Positions 1 to 61,192 of a stretch of 64,000 nt of DNA are shown here, piece by piece. The first letter of the stretch is position 1. The number at the start of each line of letters is the position of its first letter. The position numbers and the translations under genes were made by a program. The notes under the pieces were generated by a model, which worked only from the letters and a program-made list of their open reading frames with translations, had not been told where the DNA came from and did no database searches. This DNA comes from Prorocentrum cordatum (taxonomy: Eukaryota), in contig CAUYUJ010000170.1 of NCBI GenBank assembly GCA_963575745.1, positions 310,001 through 374,000 on the forward strand, given 5' to 3'.

Positions 1-558
1 GAAGGCCTTGGCCGCACGCTGGCTCCGTCCTGGGAAGGAGGGGGGGTGCTCATCTACGCCGCCCCCTCCTTTGGTGGACCTCCTCCAAGGTGCCCAGGAG
101 GCGCCAAGGAGGCCCTGAGAGGCCCCAGAGATGCACCCGAGGTGCCCCCCCCCAAGGCTCCCAAGAGACCGCCGAGAGGTCCCAAGAGACCGCCAAGGGG
201 CCCCCGAGACGGCCCGACAGGCCTAGAAGAGGCTCTCGAGAGATATCCGAAGAGACTCCGAGAAGCATTCAAGGGGCCTGGCTTTTCTGTTCGCCCTCCG
301 CCTCCGCCTGCTCGTCCTCTTCCTCATCCACCTGATTGTCTTATTCCCTCCTCTGTGTTCCCGCCTCCCCTCTCGCCCTCCCCTTCCTCCCCCGCCCCCT
401 CCTCCTTCCTGCTGCTCCTCCACTTCCTGCTCCTCCTCGTCCTCCTCCTCGTCCTCACCCTCCTCTGGTTCCTCCTCCATCCTCCTCCTTTCGGAGCATG
501 ACGGCTGCTGCCGCGTGCGCCCCCCCCCATGCCCGATAGAAGGGCAGCCCGCCCGGGC

Positions 559-606
559 CTCGTTTCTGGATGCGCCGGTGGAGATACGCGGAGCGTCTGG
601 CGGATC
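559..606 (-). CDS. Possible next U2SURP exon (DPPDAPRISTGASRNE)
   Basis: CTTGTAG|G acceptor, GAG|GC donor, 48 nt, phase 0-0; no conserved motif. Confidence 0.35.
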
Positions 607-1964
607 CTACAAGATAAGCTGTGGCGAGACCCTGGGACGCTGATCCTCCCTCTCACAGCTCTGGGAGCCGAGGAGGAGGATCAGGAGGAGGACGAGGAGG
701 AGGAGGAGAAGAGGCAGGACGAGTTCAAATGACCAAGATGGGCGCCGCACGATCAGGGTCACCCCTCGGGCAATTGCCCGATGAGATGCTGGATGTCCCC
801 CTGGCGTCGGATCAATTGCTGGATTCTCGCGGCCGCGGCCGCGGCAATGCGGCTGCGCGAGCACTGCCAGGGCGGTCCCGGCAGAGAATCCGAATGATGA
901 TGAGGAGGAGGAGAAGGAACAGGAAGAGGAGGATGGGGAGGAGGAGGAGGAGGAGGAGGAGGAGGAAGAAGAAGAAGAAGAAGAAGAAGAAGAGGAGGAG
1001 GAGAAGGAGGAGGAAGGAGGAGGAGGTACTACACTCTGCAGTGCTAAGGTCCGCGCCGTCACTGTCTTGGACTGTCGAGGCGACGCTCACCACAGATCTT
1101 AAGGCTGTTTCCATATGGTTTATTTATTGTTGATACGTCCCCTCCACTTAAAGGTGAGTGTCGCCCCACCTGGCGGGCGCCTACTCTCACTGACATTATC
1201 GTCTTTCGCTCCCCTTCTTCCATTTTCCGCGGCACCCGCCAGGTGCATCCTTCACGCGAGTCGTTTTTGTTACCTTCACTGAAGAACGCCACATCTGCTC
1301 ACAAAAGTCTGATCAATGCAAAAGAGGAGGAGGAGGAGGAGGAGGGAGGAGAGGAGGAGGAGGAGGAGGAGGGGGGGAGGGGAAGGCGAGAAGGAGGAGG
1401 AGGAGGGAGGAGGAGGAGGGGGAGGAGGAGGAGGAGGAGGAGGAGGAGGAGGGGGGAGGAGGAGATGGGGAGGGAGCAGCATTGTGGAGGATGGAGAAGG
1501 GTCTCCCCCGAAGGACCGCCTCTTCTGCTCGCCACGCCGCGCCACCGACCCGCGGGGCGGCAGGGCGCCGCCGACCGCGCCTCTCGAGACGCCTGCGGCT
1601 GCCGCCGGCCCGAGCCACGAGGCTGCGCGCGCGCTCCCTCGTGCGCTGCCCGCGCGCTCCTCCCTCCTCCTCCCTCCTCCTCCTCCTCCTCCTCCCTCCT
1701 CCTCCTCCTCCTCCTCCTCCTCCTCTCCTCCTCCTCCTCCCCTCCTCCTCCTCTCCTTCCTCCTCCTCCTCCTCCTCCTCCTCCTCCTCCTCCTCCTCCT
1801 CCTCCCTCCTTCCTCCTCCTCCTCCTCCTCCTCCTCCTCCTCCTCCTCCTCCTCCTCCTCCTCCTCCTCCCCCTTCTCCTCCTCCTTCTCCTCCTCCACC
1901 TCCTCCTCCTCCTCCACCTCCTCCTCCTCCTCCTACACCTCCTCGTCGTACCATTTCTCCTCCA

Positions 1965-2500
1965 CGTCGGCAGGGCGGGCTGGGCATTGCGCGTGAAAGA
2001 GTTCCTCAGCACCTGTGGCACCGGAGCTTGGAACGTGCAACAGCTTCACGGATGGAAGGCGGGTGGTTCTCAAAATGTGGCTCTCGCCTTGGCGCTGCGC
2101 ACATTCGTTTCAAAGTTTGCTACAGCTTCACAGATTGAGGACAGGCCGTTTTCAATATGTGGCTCTCGCCTCAGCGCCGCGCGCATTTGTCCTAAAAGTT
2201 CGCGACAGATTCAAGGGTGGAGGGCGGGTCGTTCTCAAAGTGTGGCTCTCGCCGTGGCGCAGCGCACATTCGTCTTAAACGTCTATTCCGTGATTCGCAC
2301 GGTTGAAGTCCCAGGAATTATGTTCTGGCACGATGTAGGATTGTCCGGACGCAACAGTCACGATGACTCGCCGCGTTGAATTTCCAGGAATGGTGTTCGG
2401 GCGCGATGTAGCCGTATCAGGGCGCAACCTTCACGTGGATCCGCGGCGCTGACGTCCCAGGAACGGTGTTTTGGCACGAGTGGGGATTCCCAGACTGTTG
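1965..2500 (+). repeat. Composite two-array dispersed repeat; copies at 6110-6960 (+) and 50820-51830 (-)
   Basis: Array of GGAGGGCGGGTCGTTCTCAAA..GTGGCTCTCGCC…CGCACATTCG units followed by ~60-bp GTTGAAGTCCCAGGAA…GGATTGTC units; same order in all three copies. Confidence 0.75.
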
Positions 2501-2719
2501 TCTGCGACTGGGCTACTCCCCGTGAAGAAAATGCATCCTGGAAGGAGGGTCGCCTGAAACATCGTTGAAGCGTCTTGGGTTTATACTAGTCCCCCTCCCC
2601 CACCTCCCCCTCCTCCTCCTCCTCCTCCTCCTCCTCCTCCTCCTTCTCCTCCTCCTCCTCCTCCTCCTCCTCCCTCCCTCCCTCCCTCCCTCCCTCCCTC
2701 CCTCCCTCCCTCCCTCCCC

Positions 2720-3770
2720 CCAGAAGTCCCGACCCTTTCCCCGGGGCTGGTCCTTCGTTCTGGGCCGTCTTTTGACTGCCTCGGGACCTGGCGTGCGACC
2801 TCTTAGGCCCGAAAACTGCAGAAAACCTCTGCCTGAACTGCTTCAAGACTTTGGATGTCTGGCTCCGCCTCTCTCTCCTCCGCCTCCTCCTCATTCTCCT
2901 CCGCCTCCTCCTCCTCCTCCTCCTCCTCCTCCTCCTCCTCCTCCTTCTCTTCCTCTTCCCCCCTACCAAGCGGCCAACTCTGTCAGGAAGGATGGAAGTT
3001 GAAATACACTGGATTCGAATCATTGGGGAGGAGGGGAGGCGCAGCATTCGCAGGATAGGAGAGGAGGGGAGGAGCCAGAATAAGGCCCATCCTCCCCAAG
3101 CATCCGATGCCTGGCTCTTGTTCCTTACGGGGCCCCAAAGTCCCGACCCGTTCCCCGGGGCTGGTCCTTCGTCCTGGGCCGTCGTTTGACTGCCTCGGGA
3201 CCTGGCGAGGGACCTCTGAGGCCCGAAAACTGCAGAAAACTTCTGCCTTAACTGCTTCAAGACGTTGGATGTCTGGCTCCTCCTCTTTCTCCTCCGCCTC
3301 CTCCTCATTCGCCTCCTCCTCCTCCTCCTCCTCCTCCTCCTCCTCCTTCTCCTCCTCCTCCTCCTCCTCCTCCTCCTCCTCCTCCTCCTCCTCCTCCTCC
3401 TCCTCCTCCTCTTCCTCTTCCCCCCTACCAAGCGGCCAACTCCGTCAGGGAGGATGGAAGTTGAAATGCACTGGATTCGAATCGTTGGGGAGGAGGGGAG
3501 GCGCAGCATTCGCAGGATAGGAGAGGAGGGGAGGAGCCAGAACCATGGGAGAAGAGGAGAGGAGGAAAGAGCTGAATAAGGCCCATACTCCCCAGGCATC
3601 CGATGCCTGGCTCTTGATCCTCACGGGGCCCCAGAAGTCCCGACCCTCTCCCCGGGGCTTGTCCTTCGTCCTGGGCCGTCCTTTGACTGCCTCGGCGTGG
3701 GACCTCTGAGGCCCGAAAACTGCAGAAAACTTCCGCCTTGAAATGTTCAAGACGTTGGATGTCTGGCTCC
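2720..3770 (+). repeat. Local tandem triplication (~420-500-bp unit containing (CCT)n)
   Basis: AAGTCCCGACCC…GGCCCGAAAACTGCAGAAAAC…GGATGTCTGGCTCC recurs at ~2724, 3137 and 3635. Confidence 0.9.
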
Positions 3771-6700
3771 TCCTCCTCCTCCTCCTCCTCCTCCTCCTCC
3801 TCCTCCTCCTCCTCCTCCGCCTCCTCCTGCTCTCCTCCTCCTCCTCCTCCTCTCCTCCTCCTCTCCTTCCTGCCCTCCCACCCCCTTCCCTCCTCCTTCT
3901 CCTCCTCCTCCTCGTACTCACTGCAAGCCCGCCTCCATGGCCGTCCACCACCACTTCCTCCTCCTCCTCCTCCGCCTCCTCCTCCTCCTCCTCCTCCTCC
4001 TCCTCCTCCTCTTACTCCTCCTACCTCCTCCTCCTCCTCCTCCTCCTCCTCCTCCTCCTCCTCCTCCTCCTCATCCTCCTCCTCCTCCTCCTCTCCTCCT
4101 CCTCCTCCTCCTCCCTTTTCCTCCTCCTCATCCTCCACCTCCTCCTCCTCCTCCTCCTCCCTCCTCCTCCTCCTCCTCCTCCTCCTCCTCCTCCTCCTCC
4201 TCCTCTTCCTCCTACTCAGAGGAAGCCAAAAGGTACCGATACCATTACTCCCAGGACCTCTCCTGGGGTGCATTCTGACCAGAATTTCGAAGCGAATCCG
4301 GCCGTAGCGGCGAGGGCCTCCCAAAGAGCCCTAAAACGAAAGAACCAGGGAAGGGCAGCGGTATCAGTACTTTGTCCTCCTCATCCTTCTCCTCGTCCTC
4401 CTCCTCCTCCTCCTCCTCCTCCTCCTCCTCCGCCTCCTCCTCCTCCTCTTCCACTCCTCCTCCTCCCCTCCTCCTCCTCATCCTCTTCCTCCTCCTCCTC
4501 CTCCTCCTCCTCCTCCTCCGCCTTCTCCTCCGCCTCCTCCTCCTCATGATCATCATCCTACTACGCCTGCGCCGGTAAGATGGCTGGGGTGGCTGCAGAG
4601 TGGGCCCTTGAAAGGGCCCTGGTCGGTGAGGTCCCTCTGACCGATACATGGGACGCGACTTCCACTCTCGTGCAGCAGCGGGCTCGTCGGGCAACTGCTG
4701 TCACTTTAGCCGTCAACTCCTGGGAATCTCGGCATTCGGAGCGTCCAGCGTGGCCAGGTCCAAGCAAGCCTGGACGAAGGACCAGAGGCGTTGGTTTTGC
4801 ACCCATTGCCGTATGATCGTCCCGTCGTGCCAGCTCCTCGACGTTGCCGGAACTCTGTGCTCCTCTGTCGTGGCCCCACTCGTGGGCCAGGGCAGCGGTT
4901 TTCCCGATGGAGTTGAGGCCGTCACGGGAGCCGTGTCGGTCGGAGGTCGCGAGGTCCACAGTTCTCACCGAATGCACGATTGACATGAATATTCATTATT
5001 CCTGTGTTCGGTCTGTGGAAAATTGGCGGCGACAAACGCCCGACACCTGCGCAAGCGGTGCGAGCCCTCAAAGAAGGGGCGAGAAAACCTCGCCAGAATT
5101 AGGAAGGGCCTTTTTCCAAGCCACCAAGGGCCCCCGAAATTAGTGCAGGACGCGCTGCGAGTTTTACGTAGCCTCCACCAAAGGGTCCTCGGGTTCGACT
5201 GGCCCGATTTTGTGAGGTTGGGCAAAGACTATCGTCCAAGTGCTCTATCCTCTGTCCTCTATCCGGTGTCCTCTATCATCATCATCATCCTCCTGGTGTT
5301 CCTCGTCCTCCTGCTCCTCCTCATCATCATCATCATAGTATTGTTATCAGTATACTTAATATTATCGGTTTTATGATTAGCTTTCTTCTTCTTAATAGTA
5401 AAAATGTTAGTAGTAGTGTCATTAATTATCATAGGAGTGGCATTCTTCTTATGATTCATATGGCTGTTATTATTAGTACTGCTCGTAGTAATAATACTCG
5501 TATTCTTCTTAGTATCAATGTTATATTATGTTTATTGCTGGCACTTTCTTCTTGTTATGATGTGTATGATTCCTCCTCCTCCTCCTCCTCCTCCTCCTCC
5601 TCCTCCTCCTCCTCCTCCTCCTCCTCCTCCTCCTCTCCTCCTGCTCATCCTCCTCCTCCCCCATCCTCCTCCTCCTCCTCCTCCACCATCCTCCTCCTCC
5701 TGCTCCTCCTCCTCCTCCTTCTCCTCCTCCTCCTCCTCCTCCGGGGAAACCGAAAGGTACCGATACCGCTATCCCAAGAGCCTCTCCTGAGGCGCACTAG
5801 GACCACAATTTCGCTGCGAATCCAGCAGTGGCGACCAGGGCCTCCCAGGAAGCCACAAACCACGAAAACCATGGAACGGAAGCGGTATCGGAACCTTTCC
5901 TCCTCCTCCTCCTCCTCCTCCTCCTCCTCCTCCTCCTCCTCCCTCCGCCTCCCCTCCTCCTCCTCCTCCTCCTCCGCCTCCTCCTCCTCCTCCTCCTCCT
6001 CCTCCTCCTCCTCCTCCTCCTCCTCCTCCTCCTTAATATTATGCTTGTCTTCCTCCCCCTCCATCTCTTTTCATTACGGATAACTCCCCCTTGCCGCACC
6101 CCCAGACGTGTCGGCAGGGTGGGCCGAGTGTCTAAAAAGTGTGCAAACACTTCACGGGTGGAGGACGGGTCCTTGTCGAAATGTGGCTCTCGCCTCAGCG
6201 CCGCGCACATTCGCCCTGAAAGCGTGGAGCCATTTCTGAGATGGGCGGCGGGTCCTGCTTACTCTCGCTAATGCGCATTGCGCGTTCGTCCTAAAAGTGT
6301 AGAACAGCTTCACGGATGGAGGGCGGGCCCTGTCCTTTCTCGCCTTAGCGCCGAGCACATTGGTCTTAAAAGTCAGCAGAAGCTTTGCGGGTGGAGGCGG
6401 CTCCTTTTGAACAATGGCTATCGCCTTAGCGCCGCACGCATTATTCCTGAAAGTGTGCGGCTGTTTGAGTCATGGAGGGCAGCTCCTTTTCAACATGTGG
6501 CTCTCGCCTTGGCGCCGCGCGCATTCGGCTGAGCAGCGTGCAACAATTTAAACATGGAGGCCAGCTCCTCCTTTTGCGCCGCGCAAGGTATTTCTATAAG
6601 TCTGCCACAGCTCTAACAGCGGAAGGCAGCTCCTCTTCAACATGTACCTCTCGCATTAGCGCCGCCCACACTTGTCTTAAACATGCACAACAAGGTCAAG

Positions 6701-7653
6701 GGTTCGTATGGTTGAAGTCCCAGGAGTTGTATGCTGGCGTGCGTTAGAACTGTCAGGACGCAACTGTCACGATGATTCGGCGTGTTGAAGTCCCTGGAAG
6801 GGCGTTCTGGCGCCACTTTGGATTGTCAGGACGCAGCAGTCACCATGATGCGCCGTGCTGAAGTTCCAGGAATAGTGCTCTGCCACGTTTAGGATTGTCA
6901 GGCCGCAGCAGTCAAGCTGATTCGCCGCATTAACGTCCCAACAATGGCGTTTGGTACGATTATTGAGGGCTACCTTTCGCAATGAGGCGAAAGTCTTGGT
7001 AGGGACCTACGAAAGGGAATGTACAAAGGTCCCCCTCCACCTCCTCCTCCTCCTCCTCCTCCTCCTCCTCCTCCTCCTCCTCCTCCTCATCCTCATCCTC
7101 ATCCTCATCCTCATCCTCATCCTCATCCTCATCCTCATCCTCATCCTCATCCTCACCCGCCTCCCCCTCCAGGGGAAGTAAAGGTACATATACCGCTACT
7201 CTCCGAACCCCTCACTGGTGCATGATGTGCAGAACTTCGAGGCGAACTTAGCCAGAGGACCAAAAAGGCAACCAAAGGAAGGGTAGCGATATCGATACCT
7301 TTTCCTCCGCTGCGTCTCCCCCTCCTCCTTCTCCTCCTCCTCCGCCTCCTCCTCCTCCTGCTCCTCCTCCCCCTCCCCCTCCTCCTCCTCCTCCTCCTCC
7401 TCCTCCTCCTCCTCCTCGTCTCCTCCTCCGCCTCCTCCTCCTCCTCCTCCTCCTCCTCCTCCTCCTCCCCCACCTCCACCTCCCCCCCTCCTTCTCCTCC
7501 TCCTCCTCCTCCTCCCCCTCCTCCTCCTCCTCCTTCCTCCTCACCCCTCCTCCTCCTCCCCCTTCTTCTCCTCCTCCTCCTCCTCCCCCTCCTCCTCTTC
7601 CTCCTTCTCCTCCTCCTCCGCCTCCTCCTCCTCCTCGGTGCGCCCCGCCGCGC

Positions 7654-56291
<48,638 letters not shown>

Positions 56292-57544
56292 CTGGAGGAG
56301 GCGGAGGAGGAGGCTGGGAGGAGGAAGCTAGGAGGAGGAGGAGGAGGAGGAGGAGGCTGGGAGGAGAAGGGGGAGGAGGAGGAGGAGGAGGCAAGATGAA
56401 AAGGAGGACTGCTTGGGACTTGCTTGTTAGCTCAAAAGCCCGTTTGGGACACGAACCCAGGGCGAAACGCAACCACCCCGCACTCGGCACCGAAACCCCA
56501 GGAGAAGGATGAGGAGGTTGAGGAAGAGAAGGAGGAGAAGGAGGAGGAGAAAGGATAAATAGAGAAAGAGAAGAGGTTTTCGCACGTCTTCGTCTGTTTT
56601 CTGACGTCGGAGCCACTTCCAGCAGCTGCACTTCGTCGAGAACCCCCCCAGAGAATCCCGAGTCGGCCCCAAAGACCGCCTGTGGCCCGCGGCCAGGAGA
56701 AAAAGAAGAAATACAAAAAAAGAGATGGAGAGAGGAAGGATTAGGTCGGGTATGTCCTCCTACAGGCGGATTTGGGGCGAAAATCAAAAAATATCCAACA
56801 AATATTCAAACATAGTTTGAAAGAATACTCACAACATTGTCCCTAGACTATTCTTCGACTCGTTTTGAATATTCCTCCTGATGATGGACACACCCGACTT
56901 AAAGGAAGGATTTTGACGCTATTTCTGCCAATGGGGGCACCTCCTGGGGACCCTCGTGGTCGCGGCCGGAAGTAACTCAAAAAACTGCCCAGGAGAGGTC
57001 TGCAAACTGACCTGGAGGAAAAAACATAAGCACATAATGTATGCACCAAAACTGTCGACTTTCTGTGCGGATTTCTTGGATCGGAGGAGGAGGAGGACGG
57101 ACGGACGGCAGGGAGGGGGAGATAATGAGGAAAGAGAGGGAGGGAGGGAGGGAGGAGGGAGGAGAGAGGATGGAAAAGTGAGGAGAGAGGAGGGAGGAGA
57201 GAGGAGGGAGTAGGAGGAGGAGGAGAGACAAGGGAAGAGGGGATAGCAATAATAGTGAGAAGAATAAGGAAAAACATTCACGGGGTCCTGCTGACTGTAC
57301 CTATTGACCTGGGATCCCAATTCCCAGGAAAACAAAAATGAAGTGAAGAACTCTGGATCGGATCGTTTCGTATCCACCCTGGCAGTCTTATTAAAAAACA
57401 GCATGCTCCGCGGAGCGGCAAGTGGCCGTTCTGCACGTTCCTCTGCGCGGCCAGGTGGGGGTAGACTCCGAAGGCACCGAGCGCCACGCGGCACTGCCAC
57501 CCACCACCACCACGCCCACCCCGACCCTTCCTTCTTGACGAACC

Positions 57545-57718
57545 AACAACACACACCCATACCCATATGGGGGGTCGGAGAGGGCTATGGGTGCGCGTTG
57601 TCGAATGGGGGCCCCCGCTCGAACGGGAGCGTTCCAAAGGGTCCGACAACCCGCACATATACCCATAGCCAGTCCTCCTCCCAACGGCCCCCCTATGGGT
57701 ATGGGTATGGGTGTTGTT
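57545..57718. mobile_element. MITE-like palindromic element
   Basis: AACAACACACACCCATACCCATA … TATGGGTATGGGTATGGGTGTTGTT; inner GGCTATGGGT/ACCCATAGCC pair. Confidence 0.65.
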
Positions 57719-58553
57719 CGCTCGTGACTTCTGCCTTTGGAACCTGCTTTCGGCCCCGGGGCAACGACTACATGGGGCCCCGGGGAGGGGGCCTGGCAAG
57801 GGTGTTCCAGCAGGTCCGAGCCCAGGAGCAGTAGTCCGCAGGGCCGGCTCAGAAAAAAATCCATTCGCCGGTTTTTCCCTGAGCCGATTGCTGCCTGAAA
57901 GAAGGTCATCCCGAGACCGAAACCGAACTATGGAGAGAGAGTGCCAAAAAAGCCCAGGGGCGCTTTTGGCCCCCAGCCCTATGTATGCATTTGCAAAGGC
58001 ATAGAAAACGAAAAAGCAGGAGGAAGGGGAAAAAAAGAGAGGGAGGGAGAAGGGCGAGGGAGAGAAGGGGGAGGCGCCAGGAGAAGAGGGAGGAGGGGGA
58101 GGAGGAGGACAGCAAGCAGGGGGCTCAGCAGCAGGCCACGCATGACTCCTCCCTGGTGGCGAAAGCGGTAGCCGCGCCGCCCTGGGTTGAGGCGCCCCCA
58201 AGGGCGCGCACCCTTAAGTACTCGGGGCGGGGGAGGGGCTCGAGGAGGGGAGGGGGGGCGAGCAGGGGGAGAGGCAATATGGGGACGAACCAGGACAAGG
58301 CACCCCTGCATCCTGGGAGACCCCCAAGAGGCCCCAACAGGCCTCCCAAGACGGCCCCAGAAGGCCCCTAAGAAACCCAGAGCCTCCCAAGACGGACCCA
58401 AGAGGGCCCAAGAGCTCCCAGACGGCCCCTCCCCCCCCCTCCCTCCCCCCCCCCTCCCCTCCCTACCTCCCCCCCGCCTCCCTCTCTCCCTCTCCCCCCC
58501 TCCCCCCCTCCCTCTCTCTCCCCCCCCCCCTCCCCCTCCCGTCCGTAATAGCT

Positions 58554-59500
58554 GTGGCGCAAGCATCCTTGAACGCTGGAGATGACCGCGGCCACCCCGC
58601 CCACGGCGCCGCCACCGGCGTGGAAGAGTGGCTGGGTGAGCGGCGCCGTCTACCAGGTCATCTCCTCCTCCTCGTCCATATATCCCCCTCCTTCTCGTCG
58701 TCCACATCCCAGATCTTGAAGAGAGAGACGGGCGAGAGCTACGAGGAAGCCTTAGCGCAGGTCCGCGTAACTGATTCGGACACCACCACCACGCCTGGCC
58801 AGACTTCTCTTGAACCTCGGAATGGCGCATAAACTTTCCTGACTTGTCATGAAAATTTAAACGTGTCCAAAAATCGGGAGAAGTCTGGCCAGGCATGGCG
58901 GCGGTGTCCGAATCAGTTCTCTGCGCAAGGCAGAGCTGGACTTTGCAACGGAGCAGGCGCGGAAGTTCCAGGAAGAACGCGAACAGCAGGCTGAGAGGGA
59001 GCGCGAGAGCGCCAGCAGCGCCAGAAGGAAACATCACACAAAACAGCACACCAATACAGTATCACCGTGCCTGGATAGGGCCATATTGGATCTCGCGGCG
59101 GCGCATATACCTATCTGGAAAGACGAAATCGACGACGACGACGACGCCGCCGTCAGTAAGGCAAATGCGCAGCCCTCGGGGCCCAAGATGATCCTGGCCA
59201 CGCACGGCGATAATGTAAACATGCAAAAATCTTCCCCCGGAAGGAGTGGAAGAAGAGCATCGCCTGTAAGTTCTTCAAGCAGGGGCGCTGCAGGGCTGGT
59301 GACGAGCGCGAGCGGTCGCATTGGGCGCGGTGGACGCCGTGCTGAGCGAGCGCCGCCGCCTGGCCGCGACGACCGGGGCCGCTCTGGCCGCCCTGAGAAG
59401 AAGAGGGAGGCGACTGCGAGAGCTGGATGCGCATGTGGCCGCGTGTCTTTCCAGCGCCCGGCTTTGCTTCGGCTTCCGCGCCGAGCCTCCGCGTGTGCAT
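58554..59500 (+). pseudogene. Degenerate coiled-coil + CCCH zinc-finger coding sequence
   Basis: After removing 58761-58929: ESYEEALAQ|AELDFATEQARKFQEEREQQAERERE…; after a frameshift at the C run 59234-59238: KEWKKSIACKFFKQGRCRAGDE(R)ERSH (C-x7-C-x5-[TGC>CGC]-x3-H); a second decayed finger follows at ~59410-59480. Confidence 0.55.
58761..58929 (+). mobile_element. Inverted-repeat element bounded by GT…AG (candidate introner/MITE)
   Basis: 45-bp inverted arms 58769-58813 and 58874-58918; CAG|GT and AAG|G ends; flanking GCGCAGG/GCGCAAGG. Confidence 0.65.
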
Positions 59501-59552
59501 TCAGCGACGACGACGACGGCGGCGGCGACGGCGACGACGGCGGCGACGAGCA

Positions 59553-59606
<54 letters not shown>

Positions 59607-59629
59607 GCGACGGCGATGACGGCGACACC

Positions 59630-59886
59630 CTGCTTTGCTTGCTGCACCGTGTCTGGGTGGTGAACCAGCCTCAGCTCTAAACATCGAGGCGGAAAGGATT
59701 CCGCTCTGCTCGAGGACACAGCCGCTGCGCCGTGCCTGGGTTGTGGCACAGCCTCTGCGACGGAACAGCCGCAGCGCCGTGCCTGGGTTGTGAACCAGCC
59801 TCTGCGACGAGACAGCCGCTGCGCCGCGCCCGGGTTGTGGGCCATCCTCTGACCGGCACACGCAATGTGTGCAGATTATATATATA

Positions 59887-59921
<35 letters not shown>

Positions 59922-60290
59922 CTACTCATACCAAACACTGCCTTCTTTCTGCCTCCCTTCCTTCTCGCCTTCCCTTCTCTTCTCTCTCTTCCACCCTTCC
60001 TGTATCCCTCTCTTCCCCCCCTCTCCCTCTCTCTCTTCCTGCCTCTCTTTCTCTTCTTCCCTTTTTTCCATGTATTACCTTGCTGTTCCGTGCCTGGGTT
60101 GTGGAGCAGCCTTAGCCCCAAACATTGAGGCGGGACGGAATCCGCTCTGCCCGAGGACAAAGCTGCTGCGCCGTGCCTGGGTTGTGGATCTGCCTCTGCG
60201 ACGGGACAGCCGCTGCGTCGCGCCTGGGTTGTGGGCCAGCCTCTGCGACGAGACAACCGCTGCGCCGTGCCTGGATTGTGGGCCACCTTC
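59630..60290 (+). repeat. ~47-bp minisatellite in two blocks
   Basis: CCGCTGCGCCGTGCCTGGGTTGTG…AGCCTCTGCGACG. Confidence 0.85.
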
Positions 60291-60971
60291 AGGTATCATT
60301 ATCAGATTCTTCATAGTCGTTATCATTATCATCATTCTCCTCGTTTCCGCCCTCGCCCTTTGCCATGAGTGGTTCAAACCTACAAGCATAGAGAGCTAGT
60401 CAACTGCTTGTTGACTAACAAGTTAGCTGATGGCTAACGTTATGTGCGGCGGCATGAAAACACTAGGCGCGGCGTTAGACATCGCAGGAAAACTAACCAG
60501 ATTGCACCCAACAGAATAAAGTTGAACACAGTTAACAATGCTGTGAAATCAATGGCGGTGGACACCGGGTGTATCTCTGGCGTCGGCCCGTCGAACCTTG
60601 TAGTTTTATTAACTCCGCATGGTGAGCCGCTATGGTTGTCTGGCAGAAGTGTTTTTTAGATAGTGAATTCCTGCGATCACCTTCTCTCGTTCTCGCCCTA
60701 AGCTGGCTGCTCGCTATCATTCCCAATGCAGCTGCTAGCTACACCCAAGGTAGCTGCTAGCTACCGCGCGCCTGGATTTCCCGCAGAGGAACAACACGAG
60801 GAAAAACACACACCGTTTCATTTTCAGCATGAAGGTTCCTGCGGTTCGCGCTCCATTCCGCCGTCTCCGCGGTGCTCATAGGATCTGTGATCCTCTTAAT
60901 AGTAGCAGTAGTAGTAGTAGTAGTAGTAGTAGTAGGAGGAGTAGTAGTAGTAGTAGCAGTAGTAGTAGTAA

Positions 60972-61045
<74 letters not shown>

Positions 61046-61060
61046 CTAGTAGTTGTAGTT

Positions 61061-61096
<36 letters not shown>

Positions 61097-61192
61097 AGAA
61101 AGAGAGAGAGAGAGGGGAGGTAGACAGAGAGAGAAAGAGAGCGATTGAGAGAGAGAGAGAGAGGAGAGGAGAGAGAAAAGCGGCTGGAGGCA

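Noticed and set aside
4565..4720. Minus-strand exon candidates here, at 1520-1592 and at 1-29
   Set aside because: Splice-like sites but ambiguous frame and no conserved motif
56600..56679. Possible upstream exon AVFGADSGFSGGVLDEVQLLE
   Set aside because: Acceptor plausible but no clear donor or motif; cannot assign
58650..58722. Minus-strand EF-hand-like FKIWDVDDEKEG/YMDEEE
   Set aside because: Needs a frameshift, has wrong loop spacing and a stop follows; the plus-strand reading is better supported
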